A DNA stretch of 64,000 nt from Eledone cirrhosa (GCA_964016885.1 OZ024740.1:363382001-363446000); one strand, 5' to 3'. Shown: positions 12,568 through 26,453, counted from the first letter of the stretch. Numbers and translations are program-made. The notes: generated from the letters alone by a model not told the origin.

Positions 12568-15500
12568 CATCATCATCATCATCATCATCGTTTAACGTCC
12601 ATCTTCCACGCTAGCATGGGTTTGGACGGGAATTTTCCCACTTGAGGCAAGATTGGTTGTCTTGCTCATATAGGACTGTCTGGATGCCCTTCCTAACACC
12701 AACCACGTTTACAGTGTGGACTGGGAGGTTTTTACCGTGTTCCCTACACGACCATATTACAGCGTGGACTGTGTGTTTTTTGTCGTGACACCTACACGAC
12801 CTCATTTATTTAGGACTGGATGTTGTGGTACCAAAATAACTTTACATCGAAAGGGGGTGGTGTGGATGGGGTGGGGGTAGTGGGACGGGGGTGTATTTTG
12901 GTAAGAGGTGCCTACTGACTGTAGGTTTCGTTTTGCACTGAGGCAAGGCGGGTCTTCTGTATTACTGCGTAGCGCCAGTGACATTGTCTTGGAGAGGTGT
13001 AAGTGTGTGAGGTCGGAATTTATCAGCTCGTCCCAGGTTTTTCTGGGTCTGCCTACTCCGTGGCTACCATCTATCTTTATTGCCCTGCACTTTGTTATAC
13101 AGCTGTCGTCTTTCATGCGCATCACGTGACCATACCAACGTAGCCTTCTCTCGAGTAAACAACATCTGATCCCTCTTATTTCTAATTTTTTCCTTAGTTT
13201 GTTTATGCTTTGCCGTTCACGTATATTACTATTACACATCCAGTGGAGCATGCAAGCTTCGTTCCTCTCTAGTCTCCGTATATCCTCTGCACACAATGCC
13301 CAGGTCTCACTGCCATGCAACATTGCTGTTCGTATGCAGGCATCATACAACCTGCCTTTCATTTTTAGGGAGAACCCTTTAGCGGCTAATAGTGGTATAA
13401 GCTCTCTGAACTTTTTCCATCCAGTTCTGACTCTAGCTACTGTACTTTCGGAGCACCCTCCCCCACTGCTGATTTTGTCACCCAGGTAACGGAAGCTGTC
13501 CACTATTTCTATAGAACCCTCTGCGCAATTGAAAGAGCTAGTATTTTGTGGGCACTTGCTGCTACTTATTGCACCAGAGCACAGGCCACATGTAAAATCT
13601 GTGTTCTTAGTTAGCTTACCTGTGATCCCACTACATCTTTTATGCACCCATACTTTGCATTTGGGACATAAAATGGAGTTTCTACCTACGCCTTTCCTAC
13701 ACACTGAGCATGGCCATTTCCCGGAAGGGACCGCCGCCTTATTTTCTTTCCTACAAACTAGAACTTTGGTCTTAGCCAGGTTAATTTTAAGGCCTTTTGA
13801 TTCTAGACCGTGCTTCCATGTTTGGAATTTTTTCTCTAGCTCGGCCATTGATTCAGCTATGAGCGTTAGATCATCTGCGTATAGGAGTTCCCATGGGCAG
13901 CCGGTCTTGAACTCCTCTGTTATAGCCTGAAGGGCAATAATAAATAGTAGGGGGCTAAGAACAGAGCCCTGATGGACACCAACTTTTACGCTAAACTCTT
14001 CACTATATTCGTTGTTAATTCTAACCTTGCTGACTGTTTCTTTATACATTCGTCAACACCAATTTTTCTAAGAGCCCACCAGATAATGGTACGGGGGACT
14101 CTGTCGAAGGCTTTCTCCAAGTCGACAAAAGCTAAGTATAGGGGTTTACTTTTAGCTAGGTACTTCTCCTGTAGTTGTCGTACAATGAAAAGAGCGTCTG
14201 TGGTACTTTTGCCTGACACAAACTCGAACTGCATTTCATCTAGATCAATTCTCTCTCTGATTAGTTGCGCTATTACTTTTTCCGTGACCTTCATGATCTG
14301 GTCGATTAATTTAATGCCTCTATAGTTACTCCTATCTAGGGCGTCTCCTTTACCCTTGTAACAGTTAACGATGATGCTGCTACGCCAGTCCTTCGGAACA
14401 ACCCCATTCTGTATGACTTGGTTTACTATCCGGGTGACCATGGTGTGTACCACCGTTCCAGAGGCTTTCAGCATCTCAGCAACTATTTCCGAAGGCCCAG
14501 CCGCCTTACCCGTCTTCATATCTTTGATTGCCTTACTTATTATACTACCTTCGACTAACACTGCTGGTCCCTCTATTGGGTCGATGTGGGGGAGACTATC
14601 TTTCTCCCATTTATTCTCCTCATTTAGTAGCCTTTCGTAGTGACACTTCCAAGCTACCTTCTTATCAGCGTCAGTGATGGCAAGTACGCCATCATCGTTA
14701 AGTACACACTTCTCCCCGACAATATCACGGTTTTCCTTGACACATTGCCTAGCAATCCTGAACACCTCACGTTTTTGGTCCTCGCGTTGTAGAACATGCT
14801 TGAACTTTCTTTCCTCTGCTTCCCTTCTTGCGAAGTACACTTGTCTCCTAGCTTCCCTCCTGGCCACTTGATAGTCTTCTCTACTTCCCCCATCCCGCCA
14901 TGCTTTCCAAGCCTGCTTTTTGGCCTTGATTGACCCCTCCACCTAACTGTTCCACCACCATGTTACTCTCCTCCTGCCTACAGGCCTGCTCCAGCCACAG
15001 ACTTCGTCTGCCGCCATCAGCAAGTTTGCTTTCAGGAATTCCCACTGTTCCTCTAACTTGTACGACTCTAATTGCTCTAACTTACTGTCGAAAGCATCAA
15101 GTAATATGCTTTGAAATTTATTTCTGGCTGTGGGATCCTTTAGCTTCCATATTTTTCTCCTGAGGATAGTCCTCTTCTGCTGTCTAGTACGTCTCGTCCT
15201 GACTATGAGGTTGCTAATTATCAGTCTATGTTGGGAGGTGCCTTCTTCATGGGGGAGGGATTTAGTGTTTACAACAGACACTCTGTCATGTCTTCTGGTA
15301 AGGATATAATCTACCTGGCTGGTATGTTCCCCTGATCTGTAGGTGATCAAGTGATTGTCTCGTTTTTTGAAGTTAGTGTTACAGATAGTTAGGTTGTTTG
15401 CATCACAGAATTCCAGGATTCTGGAGCCTTCCTTGTTTCTAGTACCAAACCCATAGCCTCCGTGGATTCCGTCATAGCCGTCACAATGTTGTCCAATGTG

Positions 15501-16771
15501 GCCATTTAGGTCGCCAGCAATAATTATATAGTCACTGTCGGTTATTTGGGAGGTAGTGAGCATCAGTGTCTCATAGAATCTGTCTTTTATTACGGCAGGC
15601 AGTCCGGATTGGGGCGCGTATGCAGATATTACTGTCACAGTAGTTCTGTTTAGAACAAGTCTTATTTTAATTATTCTGTCATTCACTCTATTTACATCTA
15701 TTATCTTATCCACCCATTTTTCTGCTAACATGATTCCTACCCCACCTATCCCATTGTCATTTCCCACCCAGAAAAGCTTATAGCAACGTTTTTTACCCAC
15801 AGTGAATCTAGCAGACCCGCCCCTCCATCTGGTCTCTTGGATACAGCAAACATCAACCTTCTTACGTTCAAGCAATTCTACAACCTCGTTAGAGCGGCCT
15901 TTTAAGGTGCCTACGTTCATGGTACCAACTCTGAAGTTTTGGATTGTGTTTGGAGGATGGGGCGCAGGGAGGGGTGAGGGGAATGAGTTTGGGGTTATGT
16001 TGGCCATCCGCGGCCGAAACAAAGAGGGGGCGCCTTGCCCTTTCATCCAGCAGCATGAGGTGAATTTGTCGTTATCTTTGGCATTGTCATCGAGTGTCCA
16101 GATTCTTCAGACTCTCCAGAAATTCCTTAGTCCATCCATCATATCGAAAAGCAGCCAGTAGTGATAGCATAGGCCGTTGACTTGTGATTGGTCCAAATAG
16201 TAAAGGTGGAGAATGGGGGCGGGAAGGAGGGATATGGGGTAGTTAGCAAAAGAGAAGATTATTTAGAACAAGCGTGGAGAAGATTAATTTAGAACAGTGA
16301 GACGGAATTATAGGATAGCAACGATTGTAGATATATATGGATGAATGAACCAGGTTTTAGGAGACAAGAAGAAAATGTTCTATTATACATTACATTTTCG
16401 TAGAATCAACTGACCATTTAATAAGAGTTGACAAATTCTGAGGTTTTGTCCTTCGTAACATTCTTATTTATATTAGGGAGTGAGAGAGCGAGAGGGACGT
16501 ATATGTTAGAGAGAGTGGGAGTAATAGCGATTTTGATGGGCGAGAGAATCTATTTTTATGAATCCTGGAAAATTTTTTTTTTTCTTTTTCGGCCAAAATG
16601 GTAGCAAAGAGAAGATTAATTTAGAACAAGCGTGGAGAAGATTAATTTAGAACAGTGAGACGGAATTATAGGATAGCAACGATTGTGGATATATATGGAT
16701 GAATGAACCAAGTTTTAGGAGACAAGAAGAAAATGTTCTATAATACATTACATTTTCGTAGAATCGACTGA
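12567..16771 (-). mobile_element. Full-length RTE LINE with 5' UTR, disrupted
   Basis: ORFs 14943-16046 (APE), 13986-14942, 12802-14049 (RT, YADD, PHD); (CAT)n tail; 5' end TCAGTC at 16771 abutting (TA)n; stop at 14943 and small deletion near 14050. Confidence 0.95.
16244..16771. repeat. 170-bp direct repeat (16244-16413 and 16602-16771) at the RTE 5' end
   Basis: Near-identical copies tagcaaa..gagaagatt...cattttcgtagaatc(a/g)actga. Confidence 0.9.
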
Positions 16772-16889
16772 TACATATATATATATATACATATACATAC
16801 ATATATATATATACATAAATATATATACATATATATATATACGTAAATATATATGCATAAATATATATACTAGCTTCCACAACACATTT

Positions 16890-17540
16890 ATTTTGTAACC
16901 CTCATTTTCTCTACCATGCTGCCTCTCTATCTGTCTATTTTGCCATCAGATGCTACAAGCCATGACTTGGCTACCTACCTCACACCACCATAGCCTATTC
17001 GACCAATCAAACCTCAGCATGCCACCCCCCCACTACCAACCCCAACAAACCCTGCCATTTCTACTACTACCTAACTCTCTCCTCCCCCGTCCCAGCCCAA
17101 CACACCTTGCCATTATTACCACCACCACTGTTCTTCTGGCACTGAATTTTCCTACCATTATGTATGGATGAGCTGAGAATAAATTGGAGCAACTCTGAAT
17201 TAATAGATGAAAATGAATATGAATCCGCGAGCTACCAAGCACCCATGTGAAGCTCCAATTCAGAGACAGGAAGCACACACACACCCCTGCAAAAATCGAC
17301 CCTACCCTACGAATGTCGACAAATGCCCAAAACTCCGAGTTGGTACCACCAATGTTAGCACAATGAAAGGAAGAGCAGGAGAAATCGTAGAGATGCTAGA
17401 GCGAAAGGAAATTGATGTATGCTGTGTGCAAGAGACTAGATGGAGAGGAGAGTCTGCTAGAGTCCTTGTAGGAAAAAGTCAGTGCTACAAATTTTTTTAG
17501 GTGGGAAATGACGATGGGATGGGTGTTAGGAAGGGCATTT
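16890..17540 (+). mobile_element. RTE LINE 5' fragment (APE N-terminus)
   Basis: ORF 17207-17500 LRVGTTNVSTMKGRAGEIVEMLERKEIDVCCVQETRWRG. Confidence 0.85.
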
Positions 17541-19576
17541 TATTTTGTACTTTAATTTGTTTACCCCTTTACATTTCATCACTCCTGCATACATGCATAC
17601 ATACATATATATATATACAAATATATACACATACATGCATACATCATCTACAAATACATACATCATCATCATTATCATCATCGATGATACATATATACAA
17701 ATATATACACATACATGCATACATACATCTACAAATACATACATATATATATATATATATATACACATACATATTTATTTAAAATATCAGATTGCGTCAA
17801 CATTAACATAAACACACTCTCCAGATATGAAAGTAGGTTGGTGACATGAAGATAAAACTATAGATTAGCCCAGTGAACTGACAAATATTTCACTTATATA
17901 TTATATTGTATTTTCTCATGTATAACACAAAACATTTTGAACTAAAAGAGTGGGGTATTCTTGAGTAAATGTTTTCAGAAATTTTTTCACTGAACTTACA
18001 GATAATCATTTGAAATGGTAAAATTACATAAACATGTTGATATCATTATCATCATTTAATGTCAATTTTCCATGTTAGCAAGGATTGGGCAGGTCTTCAC
18101 TGACCAATCAGTACTTAATCTATGTCAATGCCTTCTCAGACAAGCCGGGGAGAACATCTCACGTACATTCCTGCACCTTACAGAGTTCAGTGGGTGCATT
18201 TTAACGTGGCACCAGCACTAGGGTGGTTGACATGTCTTTGACGTAATCATTTAATCTCCATTTTCCCTGTTAGCAAGGATTGGGCAGGTCTTAACTGACC
18301 AAGTCAGTACTTAATCTGTACCACTGACTTCTCAGTGGTACTAACACTAGGGTGGTTGTCATATATTTGATGTAATTTGTTTACAGATGCTATTTGATAA
18401 ATTGGCAATATTTGTTATTTGGGAATCAACATAATAAAGAATGATTTTTCTCAAACTTGTTTTGAAAGAGGATAAGCCTGCTTCTACACAAAATACTAAA
18501 TATCTGGTTGTTTTACATTCTTTAACGTCATGAGAAACTAAATACTATTGAGATGGAGATTCTGATCAATAACAGGGTACAAGTTTACAAAAGAATTATG
18601 TACACATGACTATACGCCAGGTTTGGAGATATATATAAGCATGTAATTTATTTCCCTTTTTTGGCTTTTGAAACAGGAGTTATATTACACAATAAGAAAT
18701 GTAGTACAGCTAACATTTTTAGATTTGCCGAGACTTTTTTTAATATTATTTCAGGTTTGATTAAATAATTTCTAGAAACAGATTGAGATAGATTAAATAT
18801 ACATCTTATAGTCTGAAAAATACTGTGTTAGTCCTATTGCTAATTAATACTAAGATGTATGTGTGTGGCTGATGTAAGGACTCTTCAGTTGTGCTATAGT
18901 CATGACAAATTCCCTACTGTTGGTGATCTACATGATAAATGCACCCAGTATATTCTGTAAAATGGTTAGTGATAGAAAGGGCCAATCCTGGGTTGGTGGA
19001 TGGCCCAGAATTATTAAAGAATCAGATAGGATGCTTCTTTGCAGTATTTGATCTACTCTGTGCATTCTGAGTTAAAATATCACTGCCTTCTGCTAATCAT
19101 TGTGATTGGCAGATAGCATCAACAATGGAAAGAGCAATGAAAACATTGTTTCCTTGGTCCAATATGATGAGGAGCTCTTTCCTTTTGTTTTTTTAAATGG
19201 TTAAAATTACTCTTCCATGGTGTAATTGCTTTAAATCAAGTCACTAGCCTAACAAGTACAACTCTGAAATTTATTTTTCATCCAGCCATAGAAATCTTGT
19301 CAAACAAAGGGTTAAGATGACTCTTCAGTTGTGTCAAAAACATGACAATATCCTCAGTCTTATTGACATGATAAAATGCATTCAGTGCAATTTGTGGTGT
19401 GTGAGGAACCTATGAAGAGATGCCACGACCAGTAGCTCCAATTAAGGTCACTAGCTCCAATTAAGTATTAACTTGGTCTGTGATGACTTGTTCAACCTTT
19501 GCTAGCAGAGAAAACAGGTGATAAAAGATGATGATGATGATGATATCTCCAAACTAAAAACAAAAAACTGACTCAC

Positions 19577-19674
19577 AGCTGGTGGAGGCAGCCTTGCAAT
19601 GGTCACACATTCGGTTACAATCTGAAGAAGACCAAGTTTCACCAAAATGCCGGGCAATCATTGAGCGTCTGCAG
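19577..19674 (-). CDS. RECQL: RecQ1 exon, RQC zinc-binding domain (not in ORF track)
   Basis: Hand-translated (R)CRRSMIARHFGETWSSSDCNRMCDHCKAASTS; ttctag / gtgagt; carries the RQC Zn cysteines. Confidence 0.95.
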
Positions 19675-20585
19675 CTAGAAAAGGAAATCATCAGAAAGTC
19701 AGCAAAACTCTAAACATAATAACTATAAACTAATTTCTGAAGTTTACATACATGCACACACATGCACATATGCATGTACACATGTACACACACATATACA
19801 TGTACATGCATACACACATGCATACAAACACATACATATATACGCACACATGTATACACAGACATGCTAGCATATGTACAAGTGTTATGGAGTGGTCAAA
19901 AGCTACACAGAAGTCAAGTCTGTGACTGCAAGTTCAATTTCTGGTTAAGCCACTTCACTCACCTTCCATACTAACAATTTCCAAGGTTTATAAGAGACAC
20001 ATACACACATACACATAAGGATAAGCATAAACACACACACAGGATGACCAAACAAACAATGTATGATTTGAGATGACTGTTCAGTTTGGCCAACCATATC
20101 CTGGTGCTATGATGAAATGCACCCAGTCAACTCTATAAAGTGATAGTGCAGGTGTCACGATAAAATGCATGCAGTACACCTTGTAAGGTGGTTGGTGGTA
20201 AGAAGGACATCTAGCTGTAGAAACAATGCCAAATGTTGAATGTATGAACAAAATGAGGTCCATCTGATAATAAGATAAAACCACTAATCCAAAACTGCAC
20301 TAACAGCCCTTCACACCATCAAACCTAGAAATAGCAGCAAAATATCCTTCAAATCACATCATACCAACTTTAAAAAAGATACACATTGTATAACATAGTA
20401 CTGGATACACACTGCCTTAACCCTTTCATTACCATATTTCTGACTAAAGATATGGCTATCAAGTACTGGTTACACACTCCCTTAATCCCTTCACTACCAT
20501 ATTTCTGACTAAAGATACTGGCTACCATTTTCAAATAAATTTTTGAATAATCAATAATTTAGAGGGATTTCTTTCTCATTATTAA

Positions 20586-20806
20586 CCCTTTAACATTTAC
20601 ATTACTCTATATTTAATACTGTATTTTCATAGTAAACATTTTATCTCATATAAATATCTCACATAATATTGAATCTATGAGATTTTGATATTATTTATTT
20701 TGAGAACAATATCTAAATGTAAGAATGAGCAGCCAGTTACAGCCGGTTTGAATAGAAAGCAGTGAGAGAATTCTGGTCAGATATGGCCGGTTTAAATGCT
20801 AAAGGG
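20586..20806. mobile_element. piggyBac-type MITE (TTAA TSD, CCCTTT..AAAGGG TIRs) nested in another TTAA-CCC MITE (~20422-20946)
   Basis: ttaa|ccctttaacattta...taaatgctaaaggg|ttaa; empty site attattaagctgg seen in the host-family copy near 38497. Confidence 0.85.
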
Positions 20807-21251
20807 TTAAGCTGGGTTTGAAACATAACTTAAAAAAGGTTCTCATATAAAATTATAATGAAATTTTTTTATAAATATAAACACATTAAAACATTTTTAT
20901 ATTATATAGCCAGGGGTGGTTCCAGAATGTTTGCTATTAAAAGGTTTAAAACAAACGAAGGGGATCTGAGGATCATGGTTAGCATGTTTTTCATCATAGT
21001 TATCTATGCAATCAGGACTGATCTGGGTCTAAATGTAAAAATAACATACATGGAAAGGACCCTATTATTCTTAAGGCTGACTAGGGGCCCCACAGAGAAA
21101 AAAGAGCACATAATTATCTCTCTTTTATTTTTTGGTGTACTAGAGTGAAAGATAAAAGTGCCAGATGGAGTCCAAACTACCTAAAAACCTCGGGACTGAG
21201 CCGTGAGTTGATACAGCCCTGAGCATGGATCATCATATCTTCCTAACTTAC

Positions 21252-21390
21252 CGACTAACATCTGAGCAGTAATCCATTAAGGCATATAAATTCTCAGTTC
21301 CTGTTTGTTCTGTGAAGACCATGGTACTTTGGCGCATGACATCATTAAGACGGTAATAGACAATACAGTGGGATATCTTGTCATCACGAC
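21252..21390 (-). CDS. RECQL: RecQ1 exon, end of helicase domain and start of RQC (not in ORF track)
   Basis: Hand-translated GRDDKISHCIVYYRLNDVMRQSTMVFTEQTGTENLYALMDYCSDVS(R); ggtag / gtaag. Confidence 0.95.
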
Positions 21391-21439
21391 CTACCAATAA
21401 ACAAATATATATACAGTATGTATAAGCATGGAATTCATA

Positions 21440-22400
21440 TTATTGAACCAAGAGAATAAATGGGAAAGTAAAGGCTTGCCCCAAGTAGACCCAACCAAGA
21501 GATCAGCTATAAAAGTTGACAGCAATATGATAGACAAAGCAATTTAGAATATGAAGGTAGGGAAGGCTGGACTATTCGGTATAGTTGCCGAGATGCTAAA
21601 AGCATCCAATGTCATACGTTATGAGTTAGATAATTAATCAAGTAGTACAGGATGGTATCATATCCAATGACTGGTGCAGCAATAACACTGTAAACTGCTA
21701 CAAGGAAAATGGAGATGCACTACAAGGCATCAAGTTGAAGGACCAGGTCATGAAAGTTGCTGAAAGGAGTATAGCACAATAAGGGACAGAATCAAGCTAG
21801 ATGAAATGCAATTTGGTTTTATGCTAGGTAGGAGTACTAGTGATGCCCTCACCCTTATGAGACAACCGCAGAAGTACTTAGCTAAATGTAACCTGCTGAA
21901 TTTGTGAATCTGGAGAAAGCCATTTACAGGATCCCTACTCCATAATCTTGTGGCCACTAAAGAAGTTATATGTAGATGAATGGCTTGTGAAGGCCATGCA
22001 AGCCATATATAGAGGTGCAGCCACCAGGGTGAGAATTGGCAATGGATACAGAGATGAATTTGAAGCAGAGATGGGGTTCAACAGAGCTCAGTCCTTAGCC
22101 CACTTCTATTTATTGTGGACCTTCAAGCCATAATTAAGGAGTTTAAGACTGGAACTCCATGGGAACTCTTGTACGCTGATGAACTAACCCTCATAGCTGA
22201 ATCTGTGGAAGTGTTAGAGGCAAAATTCCTGACATGAAAGAGAAATTTAGAACTGAAAGACCTAAAAGTAAACCTAGCAAAGACTAAAGTCTTGATAAGT
22301 AAGAAAGTGGATAAGAATCTGATAACATCAGGGAAGTGGTCTTGTGTGATATACTGAAAGTGCATATGACTACTGGATGAGAATGCTAACACAACTGTAA
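21440..22400 (+). mobile_element. Degenerate RTE RT fragment
   Basis: Remnants of DEMQFGF, EKAF, WELLYADE, NLAKTKV with many stops. Confidence 0.85.
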
Positions 22401-22949
22401 CCCACATAGCATATCAAAACCAAAAACAGCACAAATTTCAACCTGTCTGAAGAGAACACGTCAGTAGGTTATTATACAACCACTCTGATGTCTTTAGTGA
22501 GAGAGGTGTGTGGGAATAGGGGAGGTGGGTATATGAGTGTGTATGAGGGGCAGAGTGTTAGGACATAGGAGGTGAATGAAAGTGGGGGATAACTCTGATT
22601 AAGTACTGAACTGGTCTGTAACAACCTACCCAACCCTTGCTAGCATGGAAAAGAGAAGATAAAATTATGATGATGATATTTCAGGCCTAGAAAGGAGTGT
22701 AATGGTGATATATATATGTATGTGCATATAGGTGATATATGTATGTGTGTATTGGTGAGGTATGTATACATGTCCTTGTCTGTATATATGTGTGTGTGAA
22801 TATGTGTGTCTTTGTATTTATACTGATGCCACTTAACAACTGGTGTACTTTGTCTATATCCTGTATTTTAACAGTTCAGCAAATATAGATCAATGAAATC
22901 AGTACAAAACATGAATATAAGTACTGAAAAAACAATATGAAATTTAAAT

Positions 22950-23145
22950 CTCACACCTTTAGGCAGGTTCAGCTGGCCTCCTACAAAATTGTATTTTATA
23001 TGAGGTTTCTAAGTGTTGTAATAATAGGATCCCCAGTCATATCCTGTTATTGTTGTTACAACTGACACCTATACAGGTTTAACTGGCCTCATATGAGGTT
23101 GTATTTCATAGGGGGCTTCTTGGGTGTTTTAATATGGGGCCTCAA
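22950..23145. repeat. ~100-bp tandem repeat family (2 units; second array at 37866-38170)
   Basis: Unit ctcacacctat...tttagctggcctcctacaa...catagggg..ttctt..gtgttttaa...cccagtc..gttgttacag seen in both arrays. Confidence 0.75.
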
Positions 23146-23150
23146 TCCTA

Positions 23151-23429
<279 letters not shown>

Positions 23430-24009
23430 TCACCAGGCTTGAGCTTAACCTGATCACATTAGAATTAACTTCTAATATCCTGTAATGATTTAGTAGAAAA
23501 TGTCTAAATACAGGTTTGTTTAGTCATAAGTATATGGTGCCTTAACCAGTGGACAGAACACTGAACATTTGCAGTAAAATAATTTTTAACGTGATGTAGA
23601 TATAGTGTCATTTGATACTTTTCAAGAATATCTTGCTAAAGTGGTTTCATATGGTTTGCTAATTCAAATGTTTACAATATTTTAGTGGGGTGGTCATAGG
23701 TTTATTTACTCCAGTAAATACCACTGCATGCCAACTACTAATTTAATTTGAAAGAAGATATAGAAGAACTTTTATGTAATTTTCCTTGGTTAGAATTATC
23801 TCTCTACATTCGAAGTAATAATTGAAGCATGACGAATATCTCAAAACAAGTATCAATAACAATTTGCATTTATTGTAGTGCATGTATTTCAATTTGGTAA
23901 CAAAACGTATCTTGTGACATGATAGAAGTGTAATCCTGAAATACAAGATAGGATTGGAAAAGGTTTAACATATTTGTGCTCGTGTGGACAGTTCGAGAGC
24001 CTGCTGCCA

Positions 24010-24544
24010 AAAAGGGAGATTGCCCTTTTCTCTTTCTTTTATAATACCTGGAACGGAAGTTCAAGGAATTTTCTAGAAATTCTACGGGAAGTAACTGTAG
24101 CTACTTCCCTTTATCTAGAGAGTGCTACCAGACTCCCCTCTCAGATGAGAAGTCAAATAATCAACCGAAGGTCATTGTAGCAAGAACCTGTAAGAAATGA
24201 GGAGCAAAGCAAAGGTACAAGAAAGTGCATGAATAAAACATGAGCACAAAACAAGTAAATGCATTTTACAAAGAAAAAATTTTTTTTTGTTATTTGCTTC
24301 AGTTGGGAGCTCATGTTTTATTCATGCACTTTCTTGTACCTTTGCTTTGCTCCCCATTTCTTACGGGTTCTCGCTACAATGACCTTCGGTTGGTTATTCG
24401 ACTTCTCGTCTGAGAGGGGAGTCTTGTAGCGCTCTCTAGATAAAGCGAAGTAGCTAGAGTTAATTCCCGTAGAATTTCTAGAACATTCCTTGAACTTCCG
24501 TTCCAGGTATTATAAAAGAAAGAGAAAAGGGCAATCTCCCTTTT
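24010..24544. repeat. Long inverted repeat: ~236-bp arms (24010-24245 / 24309-24544), ~63-bp spacer
   Basis: aaaagggagattgcccttttctc...aaacatgagc versus gctcatgttt...gagaaaagggcaatctccctttt, few mismatches. Confidence 0.93.
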
Positions 24545-24709
24545 CTCTTTACCAGTGGACAGAATGTTGTGAACATTTACAGTAAACTAGAGTAATGAAT
24601 TTTATTTTTATAATAATACAGTCAGGGTACTGATCTATACTTTTCAAGAATATCTTGTTAATACAGTTTCATATGGCTCAGGGCATTAAGAGTTAAATCA
24701 CTGAATGTG

Positions 24710-24900
24710 CAAGACGTTCCCCTGGATGGGATGCTAGTCCATTGCAGAGTTAATTTCAGCTGATGCTTGTCATCATTGTTTCAACTGAATGAACTGGAGC
24801 TACATGAAATGAAGTGTTTTTCTCAAGGACACAATGTGCCACCTGATTTGCTAATTGAACACACAACTTTATGATCATAAACTCAACATCCTAAGCCACA
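24710..24900 (-). mobile_element. tRNA-derived CORE-like SINE (related copies near 28430-28700, 35440-35590, 45700-45815)
   Basis: Recurrent gaactggagc..atgaaatgaagtgt..t.ctcaaggacacaa motif followed by reverse tRNA-like boxes. Confidence 0.6.
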
Positions 24901-25183
24901 TGCTTTCTCATAAAGGTTACATAATAAATACATAACCAAAAACTGAAGACAGATAGCAACAGAGCTGTCTGGAGCCTATTCCAAAACAAAAACAACAGTA
25001 GCAATAACAATGAGAACATCTCTATGGTTACTTGAACTGTTAGAAATAGTAGCAAAATCTGCCTCAAGATGGTCATCTGACCTGTCTAGTCACAGAATAT
25101 GACAAGCCATCAAACCCATACCAGCATGAAAAACAGATATAAAACAGTGATGATAATGATGATTAAGATGGTCAACCTCTTAC

Positions 25184-25332
25184 CTGTATGCTGTTTGCAA
25201 GCCATGCTCTGTGAATTTTTTTACGATGGCTTGCAGCTAGATCACTATGGTAACAGCCGACTCGAACACCAAATTCCCGTAAACCTACAGTGACATCTTC
25301 ACACTCTCTTCGAGAAAAACAATAAACAATAC
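25184..25332 (-). CDS. RECQL: RecQ1 helicase exon, motif IV
   Basis: GIVYCFSRRECEDVTVGLREFGVRVGCYHSDLAASHRKKIHRAWLANSIQ; tgtag / gtaag. Confidence 0.96.
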
Positions 25333-26371
25333 CTACATGGATGAAAAGAAAAGATAACTTTGGAATGAGCCATAATAATACACCATGTGTACTTGTATAT
25401 TTATACATATATATATCTGTAACTCTTTAAAATTAAAACACACAAATATATACATGACACATTTCGTATTTCAGTCATGTTCCTACAATAAGAGATTCAC
25501 TTTCCAATTACAGGGTTCTGGTTTCTAACCCTACACTTATCTCTATACATTTAATCCTGTATATCGTTTGTAAATATATGCTGAACATTTATGTAATAAT
25601 ATCTGAGAAATAAATATAAAAATAACATACTTATCTTTAATCACTTCAATATATCAGCAAACAACATAGACTATAGTGTTTCTCTTATGCAATACATTAA
25701 TTTATCAATATGCAAATTTCCCAGTTTGTATAATTGTTTATATATTTGGTAATCCTGGTATATATGACATACTAATACTGGAATCGAAAAATTAAATGCA
25801 TTAAATGTTATTGCCTTCATTATTGATGGCACTGGGCCACTAATTCTATAATTAAGTTTGGATACAATGAAAAAGTGTGTAGAACCAGATCTGGCCAAAT
25901 GGATAGGGTTACTGGGCACAACACATTTGCAACATCGAACCCCACAACACAAACCAAGGTTTTTAGATAAATGTAAACACCTTAAAACAAACAGTTCTGT
26001 ATCATAGAACCAGGTTAGTTTCAGACAGTCTGGTATCAAAAGGGTTACTTATTTCACTTGTAAAACAATGGATTATGTATACATATTAAGTATTCACAGC
26101 CTTAAATGAAAAGTAATTTTTTAAACTGTAAAAATGTTCATCTTAATCAGTTAATCCTAATATAAATAATTTATGTCTGTTTATTTCAGCTAATATAGCT
26201 CTAGGTAGTAGAATTCACTATGTGAATTTAGATGGTAACAACAATGGGTGAACACTAAATAAATACTTATATTTATTTCATAGTCCTTAGTTGGTAGTGT
26301 GCAAAAGACAAAACATATTAAACTAAACAAATAATCATACAAACAAAACTAAAAATACTAAGATGTCTTAC

Positions 26372-26453
26372 CAGATAAAGCAGTAAATCTCTTGAGGATA
26401 ACCTCACTGATTTCTTTAAGTACTTCCTTAGCGCTGCTGGTTTTTGTGCGGAC
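26372..26453 (-). CDS. RECQL: RecQ1 helicase exon (not in ORF track)
   Basis: Hand-translated VRTKTSSAKEVLKEISEVILKRFTALS(G); ttttcag / gtaag; phase 0-1 bridges the flanking exons in frame. Confidence 0.9.

Noticed and set aside
1-19576. RECQL winged-helix and C-terminal exons
   Set aside because: No matching translation found by eye; they probably lie beyond the window start
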